Positions 10,844 to 23,640 of a DNA stretch of 64,000 nucleotides are shown in pieces. The notes beneath the pieces are model-generated. The model was not told the origin of the DNA and did no database searches. It worked only from the letters and a program-made list of their open reading frames with translations. Position 1 is the first letter of the stretch. Each line of letters starts with the position of its first letter. The stretch is from Anthoceros angustus. Taxonomy: Eukaryota > Plantae > Anthocerotophyta. A program made the position numbers and the translations under genes. The DNA is taken from NCBI GenBank assembly GCA_010909165.1, contig MU008186.1, positions 620,001-684,000 of the forward strand, read 5' to 3'.

Positions 10844-13417
10844 ATGGGGCTGGCCAGTTTCAGAGTGGAGGATTGGGTAGTGATCAGGTCGCCACCCTGG
10901 TTGCATCTTGCTTCGCATTGCATTTCTGCAGGCCAAGAGGAGCAGGCAGTATCAGTTGCCCCAGGACCTCCCAAATGGCCGATTGTGGGAACCTCCCGCA
11001 GCTGGCCAAAGCCGGCAAGATGCCTCACCAGGTCACCATGGAGCTGGCCAAGACGTACGGGCCTGTAATGCTGCTCAAGCTAGGCGTCTCCAACGTGCTG
11101 TACGTCACCGATCCCAAGATCGCTGAAGACTGCTTCAAAGGTTCCGTGTTCATCAACAGGCCCAAGATTGCAGCCCATTCGTACTTGAGCTACGGCGACG
11201 TGCACACTGGTAAAGCTTAGATCTGCACTAGTAGTGGAAGCAGTGGCTGTTAAAGGTAGTTGGGTAGCGGACGACGCTCACAAGGCCGAGGTTTTGGTTG
11301 CAGTTGCGGCTCCGCATGGGGAATACTGGAGGCTTGTGAAAAGCTGGTGCACACGGAGCTGCTCAGCGGCAGCAGGCTGCAGCAGTTTGAGGCATTGAGG
11401 GAGGAGGAGACTGAGGCCACCTTCGGGAGCTGTTGGAGGCGTCCAAGGAAATGTTACAGTGCATATGCGTAGGACTCTGAACTATTTGATGATGAACAAC
11501 ATCACTCGCATGGTGATGAGCAGGAAGTTCTGCTTGCCTACAGAAGGGGAGGAGGCCGGCGATGGGCGGTCTGAAGCCAAGGATTGGGTGGACGGGATCG
11601 AAGAGATCTTCGAGTTGTACTTGAACCCCATGATGGAGGATGTTGTCCCTGCCCTTGCCTGGGTGGATGCAGTGTCAGGCTTACGGAGCAGAATGCGGAG
11701 GCTACTTTCCAAGCTGGATAGGATTCTCCAAGGGGCACTGGATGTACGGAAGCAGGATCTGCTCGAGAGGAGAAGAACCGAGCAAGAGACAAGGGACTTT
11801 TTGGATGTGATGCTGCTGAGTGATGGTGAACGGGCTCTTACTGAGAGATCAATCAAAGCTACGATTGTGGTAATCTAGGCCCTGCACTTGTGCACCCCAG
11901 CATTTACGTTGTACGTGAGGATTTTGTTTTGAATCTGTTCCCAGACTTAATTTTGAGATGCCACACTTATACCTTGCAGGATTTCGTGAGTGCTGCGACA
12001 GAGACGACCGCTGTTCCTACGGAATGGGCTCTGTCGGAGCTTATTAATCCAGACATCATGAAGAAAGCTCAGCAGGAGGTAGACCAAGTGGTGGGCACGG
12101 AACGAGTGGTGAGGGAATCGGATGTGGACCACATGCCTTATCTTCGGGCCGTGGTACGGGAAACACTCAGACTACACAGTGGAGCATGGGCTTTTCCAAG
12201 AAGCAGTGCTGTGGAGTCTCAGGTACGCACTATGGTAATTTCCTTGAATTGCAAGATTCAGGAGGACTACTAGCACATAGTTTGGAATCCATTGCAACAT
12301 TACAAGTTAGCTTAATATTGATACGAAGACGTACGTCACGCAGATTGAAGGATATGACATCCCTGCCGATTGTCTACTGATGGTCCAGGTGTGGGCCATG
12401 GGTCGGGACCCAGACATCTGGAAAGATCCTTTGAAGTTCGACCCGGAGAGGTTCCTGGGGAGCAAGGCCGAGCAGATGATGAGGAAGATGACTTTCAGTC
12501 CTTTCGGACTTGGGAAACGGCCGTGCCCAGGGTATAAGCTGGGTGAAATCATGGTATTCTATGCCCTGCACAAGTGCACCTGAGCGTTGCCTTGTGTGGA
12601 ATTGTTTGGTAATATTGAAATATTCCAAGACTCACTTTTCAGGCTTTAAGGATGTCATGCACAACATGCAGGATATACTGGGTGCAGGGACAGAGTCATC
12701 TGCCTCTTCTACGGAATGGGCTCTGTCACAGCTTCTTGCTAACCCAGACATCATGAAGAAAGCTCAACAGGAGGTAGACCAAGTGGTGGGCAGGGAACGA
12801 GTGGTGAGGGAGTCAGATGTGGACCACATGCCTTACCTTCAGGCCGTGGTTCGGGAGACATTCAGACTACGCAATGGACCATGGGGTCTTCCAAGAAGCA
12901 GTGTTGTGGAGTCTCAGGTACGCACTATGGTAATTTCCTTGAATTCCTTGCAAGATTCAGGAGGACTACTAGCACATAGTTTGGAATCCATTGCAACATT
13001 ACAAGTTAGCTTAATATTGATACGAAGACGTACGTCACGCAGATTGAAGGATATGACATCCCTGCCGATTGTCTACTGATGGTCCAGGTGTGGGCCATGG
13101 GTCGGGGACCCAGACATCTGGAAAGATCCTTTGAAGTTCGACCCGGAGAGGTTCCTGGGGAGCAAGGCCGAGCAGATGATGAGGAAGATGACTTTCAGTC
13201 CTTTCGGACTTGGGAAACGGCCGTGCCCAGGGTATAAGCTGGGTGAAATCATGGTACACTATGTGCTAGCTCGATTAATTCACAGCTTCGACTGGTCCCT
13301 TCCCAATGGAATCGGGCCTGAGCAACTGGACATGGAGGAGAACTTTGGCTTTTCCTGGAGAGAAGGACACCTCTAACAGCTGTGGTCAAGCCCAGGTTGC
13401 CACATCTTTTGTATTGA
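10844..13417 (+). CDS. Chimeric P450 type B with duplicated exon 3 and partial exon 4 (ex1-ex2-ex3a-ex4a-ex3b-ex4b)
   Basis: Ex1/ex2 are near-identical to 29231-30255. Ex3a 11980-12222 (DFVSAATETT), ex4a 12344-12553, ex3b 12672-12917 (DILGAGTESS), ex4b 13043-13417. Homopolymer frameshifts present. Confidence 0.75.
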
Positions 13418-13654
13418 ATCCGTTGCTGCGGTGCAGCGGTGGCTGTAGCGCTCATTCTCTCTTCAAGGCTGATGCACGCTCCAGCAGCGCTGGACATCAC
13501 ACAACGGTTGGGAGTCTAAATCTCCAGCGAGAGAAATGAAGGCCGCAAGCCCTCCTCACAACTGCAACGGAACCTTGCCTTCCCAGATGGCGAATGTAAA
13601 TTGTTGCTCGCACCTGTAGGCGCCTGGACGCTCTCGCTCCCGACGTCGACGTTC

Positions 13655-14185
13655 TTAATTCAGGTATGTTATACAACTCACAGGTATAAGCCCTTCAATT
13701 ATGGTGTCGGTGATCTCGTTTAGCCTCTGCTTGAGTTTTATATCCGTCAGATTTCGAAGCCTGCAACGCTAGGAAACTTCCATCCAACACATACCAGAAA
13801 CTATATCACAGCTATCAGGACCAGGTGAGGACATGTAATTACCCAGGCCTACCTGTCGATAACGCTGATGTGAGCTTCCTTGGTTGAAAAACCACTTTCG
13901 AATCAGCTGTCTAGTCATCAGATTCATGGTTAGAGAATGCAAGCTTCAGTCAGACGTGCATGCGTGCGAGCACAGACAGACCTGAGGTATCTCCACTGCG
14001 CATGCACTACCCCGTAAGAAGTGTGTCAATGGACCCGTCAACGGATCTCAATCCCTCCAAGGCCCTGAAGGGAGGTCGAGAAGCGAAATTCCGGTCCTGA
14101 TTTGTTGAGCACGAGAATTCGCGGGCCATGTCGGGGACGAGATGCGCTCCACCAACCTCCCTGCCATCCTGAGAAAGTGCCCAAA
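13655..14185 (-). pseudogene. Collapsed type A P450 pseudogene
   Basis: Segments match type A exon 1 ([12 protein letters not shown]), exon 2/intron 2 and the end of exon 3, with deletions. Confidence 0.7.
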
Positions 14186-14859
14186 CAGAGGCCAAGCTTA
14201 CTGACCAGGGATATCCAGTTTATGGTAATATAAACATGAAGAAAAGAAGAATGTAGTATACTCCACTTGGAAGGAATGTTCCTGTCAAAGTTCCATTCCC
14301 ATAGCTTGGTATGTTCTGGGCTTTGGCCCGTCTTCAGTCGCTTGGTTGTGTAGAGTTTCCTTGCCCTTGCGGGCTTTCATTCTCCTTATCGGTTGCCAAC
14401 TCGGTGTGATGCCGAGAAGCAATGACAGCTTGCATCCAAAATAATGGGTCAGGCAGGCTTTGGAAGCTTGTCTTATGCTAGGCTCCTTTTCTTCCATCGC
14501 TACCAAGTGCTCACACACTACTGCCGGATGACTCCAGATTCGCCAGTCAATTTCAACGGCAGCCCTAGGCTAAACCTACAACGAGACAGTCGAGAGGGTG
14601 AGGAGGTGGAAAAATGGGGAAGGAATTGCAGATCACCGAGGCTGCAGCAGGCCGTGTGCGTGAGCTACAGAGTCGGAGGCCTGACGATATGCCGCCGAAG
14701 CTTCCCAGCATGGAAAGCAAGCACCGATCAAAGCAGTCCGCTCTCGCTCGGCGTCCGTACGTTTTCATGTGGGGGAAGTATCCGATGTGGTACACCTGCG
14801 GACGGCCGCTGCAAGGGCCAGCAGACGACCGTCTGCATGGGCGGGCGTCAGTGATGTAA

Positions 14860-15350
14860 TTAGAACAAGCGTCTCATGTTTTGCAGCCCAGCAGTCCCTA
14901 GCTGAACTGTGCATGCCCAATAATCAGAGCCCTCCAGCATGTCACCACATTCTTTGTGGCAAAGCTGTGAAGAGCTTGGACTGGATCTTTCGGTTCAGTC
15001 TATTTTGCATACACGTCCACTAGGGAGGTGGCCACCGGGATGCCATCCAGCGATCCTGTGTCGGCAATCTGTGAGTGGAGTTGCTGCCCAACTGAAAGGC
15101 ACTCCAGCTTGCACAGGCCGTACGCGTATGTGCTGGATTGATGTAAGAGGAACTTAAGACCAGCAACAAAAGTAACATGGTCAGTCAGAGTTAGGCCGCC
15201 CTCCTGTTACATTTGTCCATTCCGGGCATTCCATGTCATAACAGTGATGTGTTCATGTTGTCAAAAATCTGGCGTGCAAGTTAATAGGGATGGCACATAC
15301 CAACACATCGCCGTGACACTTCGAAGCTGCTGTCTGTGTGAAAGATGCAT
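14860..15350 (-). pseudogene. PPR/E-domain debris
   Basis: tgtcaccacattctttgtggc (ATKNVVT) and KCHGDV-like E-domain remnants. Confidence 0.4.
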
Positions 15351-15769
15351 CAGGAAATGGGCAGATCTGCATCCCGCTTCCTGACAAACAGATCCTTGAC
15401 TGAAGGATTTGTGTCCCTTCCAGATAATTCGGCTGTCTGCGGATCTGTCATTCCTTCTATAATACGTCCATCGCAATCACTCCTTATCATTGTTGGATTG
15501 GAGTCACCAGCAAAGCCGTTTCTGTCCATCATGTCCTGTGCAGGGAATTATAGTTGGTGGCGGTACAGCCAAGACGTCACCCGCCGATTTCCTTTGGCTG
15601 TCACCTGCCAATTCCCCACCACACTGCCTATTGTATGCCCTGACGGAGAAAACCCCTTGTATGCCTGCGATTCCGTGTTTTCTGACTGCCCTGCATGCAT
15701 GTTGCTCTTTGCTTTCGCATATGGTAATATTGCCTGGCCTGTGCCATGACGGCTGCCTGGCCTGTGCTA

Positions 15770-16266
15770 TGGGGACCATCCCGCAGATGGCCAAAATCGG
15801 CAAGATGCCGCACCGGGTTACCATGGACCTGCAGTGGCCAAGACGGACGGGCCTGTAATGCTGCTCAAACTAGTATAGGCACCTCCAACTTGCTGTTCAT
15901 CACCGACCCCAAGATTGCTGAAGACTGTTTCAAAGGTCCCTTGTTCGTCAACAGGCCCAACATTGCAGCCGGTACGTACTTAAGCTTCGGCAGCAACCTG
16001 CATTCCGGTAAAAGTCCTGCAGTAGTAGAGGAACCAATACATACTTGCTGAAAGGTAGTTAGGGGACGAGTCTGACAAAGGAGAGCTTTTGATTGCAGCT
16101 GTGGCACCGTATGGGGAGTACTAGAGACTTGTGTGTGATTGTCAGGATTAGATTTGCATTGAAACGTGATCGTTAAGTGTTATGTGCCTCATTACTTCGT
16201 GTGTACCAATAGCTCCTGCGCCAGCTGCTGTGGTCAAGCCCAGGTTGCCACTACATTTGTATTGAA
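15770..16266 (+). pseudogene. Collapsed type B P450 pseudogene (exon 1, start of exon 2, and 3' end)
   Basis: IPQMAKIGKMPHRVTMDL, LFITDPKIAEDCFKGPLFVNRP, then gtggtcaagcccaggttgccactacatttgtattga. Confidence 0.75.
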
Positions 16267-17069
16267 TCCGTTGCAGCTTGCACTGCTAGTGGTGGCGCTC
16301 ATTCTGGCCACAAACCAAGGAGGCTCTCAAACTTCAAGCCTCGTGCCTCATGATGTTCACGCACCAGCCGTGTGTGGTCATCACGCAACCCTGCTAATAG
16401 GAACTCTTTGGTACCTATTCTCGGGCCACTTTTTAAGTGAAAGATGCTAGCGGTTTCCGATTTGAAGTTTTGTAGACCTAATTCAGGCACTATGAGGTAA
16501 TGGTAGCTTGCTGTAATGGAAGGACACGAAAGGTGGGTACTTACTTGCACACCTGCCTGCAAAAGGCACGCAGAGGTCAGAGATATATAGCTTAGCTGGC
16601 CCTCCCTTGCATTCTGGAACAAATCATGGCTCAGTTTTCCAACATGTCACAGACTCAAAAAAAGTAGAGCTCGCCGTCCACTCTGCTTACTCCAGCAATC
16701 AAGCTACTTAGGTAGTCATGGCAAGCTGCGCATACAAACTGTCAGTTGAAGATAGAAGGTCTACGACTTAGGACGACAGACAGGACTGTAGGCGAACAGC
16801 TCTCTAAGACTTCAGATTGATGGTACAAGGGCTTTGGCATCACAGCCAGGGTGCATTACTGCAACATTTTGAACATCATGGTTGATGCCCTGGGTTGGGC
16901 AGGCCTCCTCGAAGAAGGAGAAGGCGTGCTGGAAACCTTGCAAAACAAAACGCGCTTGGCCTCCTGCAAGCAGAAGTTCAAAATAAAGCATTCTAAACCA
17001 TTCCTGCAGGGCATGGCCACAAGCAGACTGTACAGGCCCTCCCACAGGCCGCTGAAATCCACAGACCTA

Positions 17070-17285
17070 GCTGGCTTGGAGCAGGGCTGGCTTGACTACT
17101 CCACACCTTTGATTGGTCTCTTCCCAACAGACCTGGGTCTTCAGGAGCAACTGACATGGCAGTCTGACCTTTGGGCGTGGCTTGAAGGTAGGGCAAAATC
17201 GGCATGTCCGTTTCCTGCAGGCCGGATGCCGTCTCGGCAACTACTAAGGCAAGCTTCCTGTGAGCCTTGTTTCATAACGGCAGGC
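17070..17285. pseudogene. Type B exon-4 / inverted type A chimeric fragment
   Basis: Same fusion point as at ~9945: gtctgacctttgg followed by tggcttgaag...tgtccgtttcctgcag. Confidence 0.6.
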
Positions 17286-17881
17286 TGGCATTAGGGCCGG
17301 GCTATGGGCCGGACTATCCTCCCGGAGCGTACCGTTTAGGATGGCAATAACCACATGACGTCAAACTGTGCGGACGTGAACCCTGTGTAACATCTGTCAG
17401 CTGCCTTGAAGGCGAGCCTCTGAAATCCTGAAATGGAAATCGTAACTTCCTGTTTGGTGTGTTGGGTGCAGCAATAAGCACAGCAAATCAGAAGTCGGGC
17501 AGTCTGGAAGATGTGTAGACAGGTCAGGGCACGCTTGACTTGCCAAGTTCTTTTCCAGAGTCATTCCATCGGTTGATCAGTCAGGTGCTGTAGTTGCTAC
17601 TTGTTGTGAAAGTGCTTTCTTTCATGGGTTGATCCGATCGTTTTCAATCCTGTGCTTTGAAGTGCTCCTTTGTTTGGAGACAGGTTGGAATGGTGAGACC
17701 ACTCACCAGTCCTGTAAGGCGATGTCTGCGTTATGTGGCCTCGGTACGTGGGGCCTGGAGGTGACTTGTGAGGCTTGAAAGAGGACGCAAGAAACGTGCA
17801 TTTCATCAGGAGCATCTTGCAGTGCTTGCACCATATTATTTAGGCCACTGTCCATCATGATTTCAACTGAAATGGAAAGAG

Positions 17882-19865
17882 CTAGTGGTATAAGTGGGGA
17901 GGCAGGCGGGGTAGCAACTGCCTGCAAAGGGACGGTCTTGGGCAGGGTTAATCCAAAGTTTTCCATCATGTCCATGTGTTCAGGTTTTTGGCCCTTAGGC
18001 AGTTGCCAATCAAAGCTATGCAGTAGCTGGGCCACAGCATAATACACATGGGTGAGGCCCAGTTGTATGCCAGGACAACCTCTCCTGCCAGCCCCAAACG
18101 GGATGAACTCAAAATTCTGGCCAGTTATGTCAAACTCCCTGCACACCATCACACGTTCAAGGCCACCACTCTTGTGAGACCAGTCCTACAGAGGATTAAA
18201 CAACTTGCTGGCAAAAGGTTGGTTATACATATACCTTCCACGAATCTTTCTGGGTTGAACTCCGTGGGACTCTCCCATACGGATTCAGCCCGTGCGATGC
18301 TCCAAACATTAACAAGCACGGTCATCCCAGCGGGATGTCGTACCCCACCTGACAAGAATCGATGGCTTGATGAGGGATGAGATGTGCAACTGTAGGATGT
18401 ACACGCATACTTTCTTTGACGATGGCTTGAAGATAGGGTAGATTCGAAATGTCCGATTCCTGCAGCCTGCGGTCTCGCCCAACTGCTAAGTCAAGCTCCT
18501 TGTGAGCCCGTTTCATAACCTCAGGGTTGCGGATAACCTCTGCCATAGCCCACTCCATGGTTACTGCAGAGGTGTCCACTCCAGCACCGATCAAATCCTG
18601 CAGCAGAGAAACAACATGATACAACATCCCCTGAATTCGAAAGGTTCTGGAAGCACGAATGCCTGCTTACAACCACTGAGGTACATTCTTGAGTTGTTCA
18701 GGTATGTTGTGCATCAACTCACAAGTATTAGCCCTTTGATCACCATGTCGGAGTTGGGTACAGCTCTCTCCTCAGCCAGCAGCGAAAGCAGCACATCCAT
18801 GAAGTCCTGCTCTGCTTCTGCTTTCTCCTGCACCGCGTTCTGCTTTCTGTGCTCCTCCAGCTCCTTGTCCAGGAACTTGTCCAGTTTTGCGTGCAAGTTG
18901 GCAATTTCCTTCTTGCGCCACCCGTCCACAAATGCCAGGTACCGAGAGTGATCTCCGACCATCGGGAGTCCGTACAAGCGAAAGAGCTCATTTAGAGTTC
19001 GCCTGATTTCTGCACCCTCAGATTCAGAAGCCTACAAGACCACGATCAGCATTAACCCGAGGCGCGTCCAACAGCCAATCCAGAAACCATATCACAGCCA
19101 TGTAGTGAGGACATGTAATTACCCAAGCCTACCTGTCGATGACCCGGATCCTGGCCAATCTGTGAGCTTCCTTGGTTGAAGAAGCGTATCCCCATGAGCT
19201 GTCTAGTCGTCAGATTCATGGTCAGAGCAGAGAGCTTCTCCTTCAAATCGACACCCACATCCCTGGCAGTGTCATCCAAAATGGAGCGAACCATACCAGA
19301 CATTTCCTGCTCCCTGGCAGCTCCAAACTGCTGTATCCGCCTCTGAGTGAGGAGCTCAAGAGTAGCCACCTTCCTAAAATGGGTTCAGCACGGTTCAGCA
19401 TTTGCTAAGGTCATTCCAGTCCTTCTGAGACGTGCAAGCAGAAAACAGACCTGAGGTATCTCCAGCGCGGCCCGTAAGGGGCGCCGCCAATCGACCCTTC
19501 AACGAACCCCATTCCCTCCACGGCTGTGAAGCGAGGTCGAGAAGCAAAATTCCGGTCCTGATTCTTGAGCACATCGCAGGCCAGGTCCGGGGACGAGATG
19601 AGCAGCATCGACCTCCCTGCCAGCCTGAGATGCAGAATTGGTCCGTACTGCTCTGCCAATCTATGCATCTCACGGTGAGGATGAGAAGAATCCAGAAACA
19701 GCTGCAGGTGCCCAATCAGGGGCCAAGAGGGGGTTCCGGTGGCGGATTCAATTTGGCCCTAGCCTTGGGCTTTTGCATCCATGGAGCCAGCATCCATGGA
19801 ACCAATACCAACACTGCCGCAACGCCGGTCAGCAGCAGCAGCAGCAGCAGCGCGCTCAGCTCCAT
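17882..19865 (-). CDS. Cytochrome P450 type A (CYP71 clan), complete copy 2 (exons ~19865-19451, 19373-19133, 19031-18723, 18597-18235, 18138-17882)
   Basis: All P450 motifs present: [31 protein letters not shown] and PRLPPHLYH* after indel correction. GT-AG introns. Indels are mostly in homopolymers. Confidence 0.9.
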
Positions 19866-20854
19866 TCTTCGCCACAAACTACCTTACACACTACCTTACA
19901 CAAACTACCTTTCACAGCCTTTACAGAAGCTCCTTGGGAATCTGAATCCTTTTGCGTGCAGCAAACGCAGACTCTTGTTTGTCGTTCTGCCCTCTATCCC
20001 AGGAGAGGAGACATTTTGGGGAGGCTCACAAGTGGACACTATAAATGCGACGTTCCTCCTGGGCCGATGCAAACACCATGCCCATACATAGCCAACATGT
20101 CCCCATCCGGGGACTGTGCGGCTGGATAGCGGGCCACAAGAATAAGAAGACGCCGACTATCGTCCAGTTGGGCGGAAGAACGTGGGCTCTCGTTGGAGAA
20201 CACGCCACAACATGAGAAGAGCTATAAGATGAGAGTCTTGACTTTGGTACCAGAGCGACATAAAAAAAAGGGACCTGGGTTTTCGTGCCGGCCGGATATG
20301 GTAGTGTATCTGTGCAATTTGTTCTTTCTTGCCTACCCATACCAGATTCCCACCAGGCTGTCAGTTTGACTGAGTACACAGTCTGTCAATCAGGCCAGGC
20401 GGCCTGTTTGCACCATAGAAACGATGATGGATATGTACGAATATGAACCCAGGTGTACGCAATCGTCTCACAATGAGGCAGACCAAGCTAGTGTTGTATG
20501 ACCATCCTCACAAGCATTCCACGGCACCACATACTGTGTGGCTAAGCTGTCAAAAACTCAGCGTGCCGCCTTTAGTTTGCCAAATTTCAACAGGAGTTGC
20601 CCACCACAACGTTACGTAGGAATCCTCTTTCGTCGTTTGAGAACATGAATGACATCAGGCTTTGGTGTGCCACCCCAACACCCTGTACAGATGGAGGTAG
20701 TGCTCACACGACTTGCCAAAGTCGCCTGCAGACACTCTCCTCCTCCCTGATGCTCAGCTGCGTGTCCTCATGACTTCTCTGCACCCAGCCTTCTGGTCTC
20801 CGAGGCTGCAGTCACTCTCAGGTTGCGAGGCTTCGGCATGCCTTGGTTTGCAGA

Positions 20855-21580
20855 CTGCTTGAACCTCATGTGCCACACGCTGATGTTCCCATTCTGATAG
20901 CCAGTCACATACCAGTTGGTTTCCATCCAGTCTGACAGCTGAGGACTGGTGATGGGACACCATGGAATCAGAAAGCTGGTCGGACGTGTCTATTGCTGGC
21001 AAACATTCACCATTTATGCTCCACACGCATAGAGTACTGCCCGCTGCAGTCGCCACTTCTCCTGTCATGTCATTCACATGAAGAGCGGAGGGAGGGACTG
21101 GCAGCTCCGGAAGGCTCATTCATGGAGTCGATATCCACAGCCCCTTCATACGTCAGATAGAAGAACATATTTATTGCATCCACTGCTGCCTTCCAATGAA
21201 GGACACATGTTAGGATGAAGGTCACGCCACAATGCAGCAGGCACATATTCATAACATTGCAAGACACGAAGTGATTGGCACACACAAACACCCCGTGTCA
21301 CAGCTAGCACCTTGGCCCGTTGCTCGTAGCCGAATATCAGGTCAATCCAGGGTGGCAGAATGACAACCTCAACCTACAAAAGAGAGTGAGCTAACTGGGT
21401 AAGAAACTTAGAACATCAGCGAATATGATGACTTCAAGCAGCAGCCACAATGTTCCATCAAGTTGCCAAGCCAATTACCCTCTCCCCTGATTGCTGGTCC
21501 CAAAGTCAAAACCAAAACGGTTTCGAAAAATTCCGGAAGGTAAAAGAACTCCGGGATGAGTTCCTTCACATCACACAGTG
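20855..21580 (-). pseudogene. SPI: SPIRRIG-like BEACH/WD40 fragment, copy 2
   Basis: Duplicate of 2440-3165, including DVKELIPEFFYLPEFF. Confidence 0.8.
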
Positions 21581-21954
21581 TCGCCATGACTGGCACTCAT
21601 CCAGGTATAACGTAGGCTCCGGCATCAGAGACGCCCGCTGTAGTAGTCTCCACCTGTGTAGGAGATGAACCGTGAATATTTGCTGGCAAACTGTGTCCCA
21701 ATTGCAAATGGCATTGGGCTGCATGGGTTTCCACTGCTTGGTCCCAACCCTCCAGCCCACCGACCGGCCCTAAAAACCAAGTCCATTTTCCTTGCAGCAT
21801 CAGCCAGGGCCTGAATTCTTCCGTGGTATACAAAACCGCCTTTTCTACGCACGCCTTTGCTATCTCTGCACCTACTCTCTTGGCGGCCTCCTGACAAGCA
21901 GCATGTCAAATCACATTAGCCTAATAAAACAAGGGCAGGCACGGCACAGAAACA

Positions 21955-22680
21955 ACCATCACGCCATCCACAGCCACTCACAATCGTAGGCCCGGCAGAC
22001 ACCTATGAGAACATGTGCAGGCGCCTGCTGGGGTCCAGACTAACAATGCTTTCAAAGCACCACATGGCCCTCTCTCTATATCCCCATGACCTTTGCAAGC
22101 ATTCAACAAAGTCGTCAAGCCCACAACATTACTTTGGCCTTCACATGATAACAGCATCTCCCCTGCCTCATCTAAATGGCCTGCAAGAAGATGAATCATG
22201 GAGATGTAATGCTCAATAGTTGGTACCATGCTGTTCAGCCATGGAATCAAAATGTTCCATGTCACCACATCCTTTGTGGCCAAGCTGTCAGAAACCCGGA
22301 GTGCATTTCTAGTTCACCACATTTGGCATACAAGTCCACCAGGGAGTTGCCCAACACTATGCCATCCAACAGTCCTCTATCAAGAATCCGTGCGTGCAGC
22401 TGCATGCCGTTCTGTACGGCACCCGTGCCTGGCCTTCAGAAGGCAAGCACAAGTAAAGATATGTAGTCAGCCAAAATGAGGCATTCTTGCTCCAATTGTC
22501 CGTACAGAACAAGCGCCTGTTGGCAAGTCCTTGCTGCGCATACCAAGCAATCGACACCGTCAATGTCACCACATCTTTCGTGGATACCAAGCAATCAACA
22601 CCGTCCATGTCACCACATCTTTCGTGGCCAAGCTGTCGAAAACCTGGCAAGAGACCGGACACAAACGTAACCTACCAGGT
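21955..22680 (-). pseudogene. PPR/E-class fragment, copy 2
   Basis: ATKDVVTWNILI...HYISMIHLLAGHLDEA..LLNACKGHGDIERG. Confidence 0.7.
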
Positions 22681-23109
22681 TGGCTGTTGTAAACCATGAG
22701 GTCCAAATGGCTTAGGCCGAATGGACACACATTTATAAGAACCTGACTGTTAAGCATCCTACGCTTCGATGGATACTTAGATGGGGTGCCTAGAAAGGGA
22801 GTGGATGGCCTTGGTGCTAGTAGCTTAGCCACACCATGGTACAAGTTGTTAAGCACCTCGTCTCATGACAACCTCAAAATTTCATCCTAATGAACTGTAA
22901 TATATTTTTTTTTCTACTCAAGTGGAGGAGGGAAATCTCAAGTGAATGAAGGGAATGCATAGACTTTATATAGAAAGAAAAGAGATGGAAGGAAATGTAT
23001 TCAAGTGAATGAGGGAATGGAGAGACTTTATACGAAAAGAAAAGAGATGGAAAGAACATGATCTACACCCAAAAAAAGGGGTCAACCCAACAAAGGTTCA
23101 CCAGGCCAA

Positions 23110-23640
23110 GGGGGACTATCTCCCGCGATAGCCTTTTTCAAAACTACCTACCGTCCTAAGAAACTCGTGATCGGGATAAGAAAGGGCCTACTTACCACCG
23201 CCATCGAAGAAGCCGCCTCCCCTGCGCTAGTCGCTGTCTTGTACCCCGCGTTCGCCAATGTTCTTTGCAGGGCAATGGACATCCGTTGCCTGAAGAAAGA
23301 TACAATACAAGAAAAGGGGAGACCAACCGCATTCCTGCGATTGTAGTAAGGCTTAGCGCAGGCCTTGAGGAACTTCGAGAAGTCCAGACCCATGGCCACG
23401 TGAGTTTCGATTAAGTTGAATATAGGGTAAAAATTAATTAGCTAGTTTTACCTTCTACAGCCGATTCACACACCGGCCATATACGGCTGGTCAAACGAAA
23501 GATTGTCCCACCAGAACCCCCGAACACCACAACAACTTGTAATCGGCCACATACGGCCGGTCATACAAATAATTGTCCCACCAAAACCTCCAAACACCTC
23601 AACAACCAGTAGTCTCCTTCGCGACTATCTAGCGAACTGG
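23110..23640 (-). mobile_element. CRE-like non-LTR RLE fragment, copy 2
   Basis: Duplicate of 4700-5225 (FRQRMSIALQR). Confidence 0.45.

Larger units (their letters stand above)
1..11860. repeat. Segmental/tandem duplication, copy 1 (partner 18395-30255, offset ~18,394 bp)
   Basis: Position 1 (ggatgtacacgcatac) recurs at 18395. Colinear near-identity through all genes and debris up to ...atcaaagct at 11860/30255. Confidence 0.95.

Noticed and set aside
14285-14518. Possible DYW-domain remnant (LLGITPSWQPIRRMK)
   Set aside because: No HSE or CxxC motif; similarity too weak to call.
14614-14859. ORF starting LQITEAAAGRVREL, reminiscent of IscA/HesB
   Set aside because: The rest lacks the conserved Cys motifs, and the match is too short.
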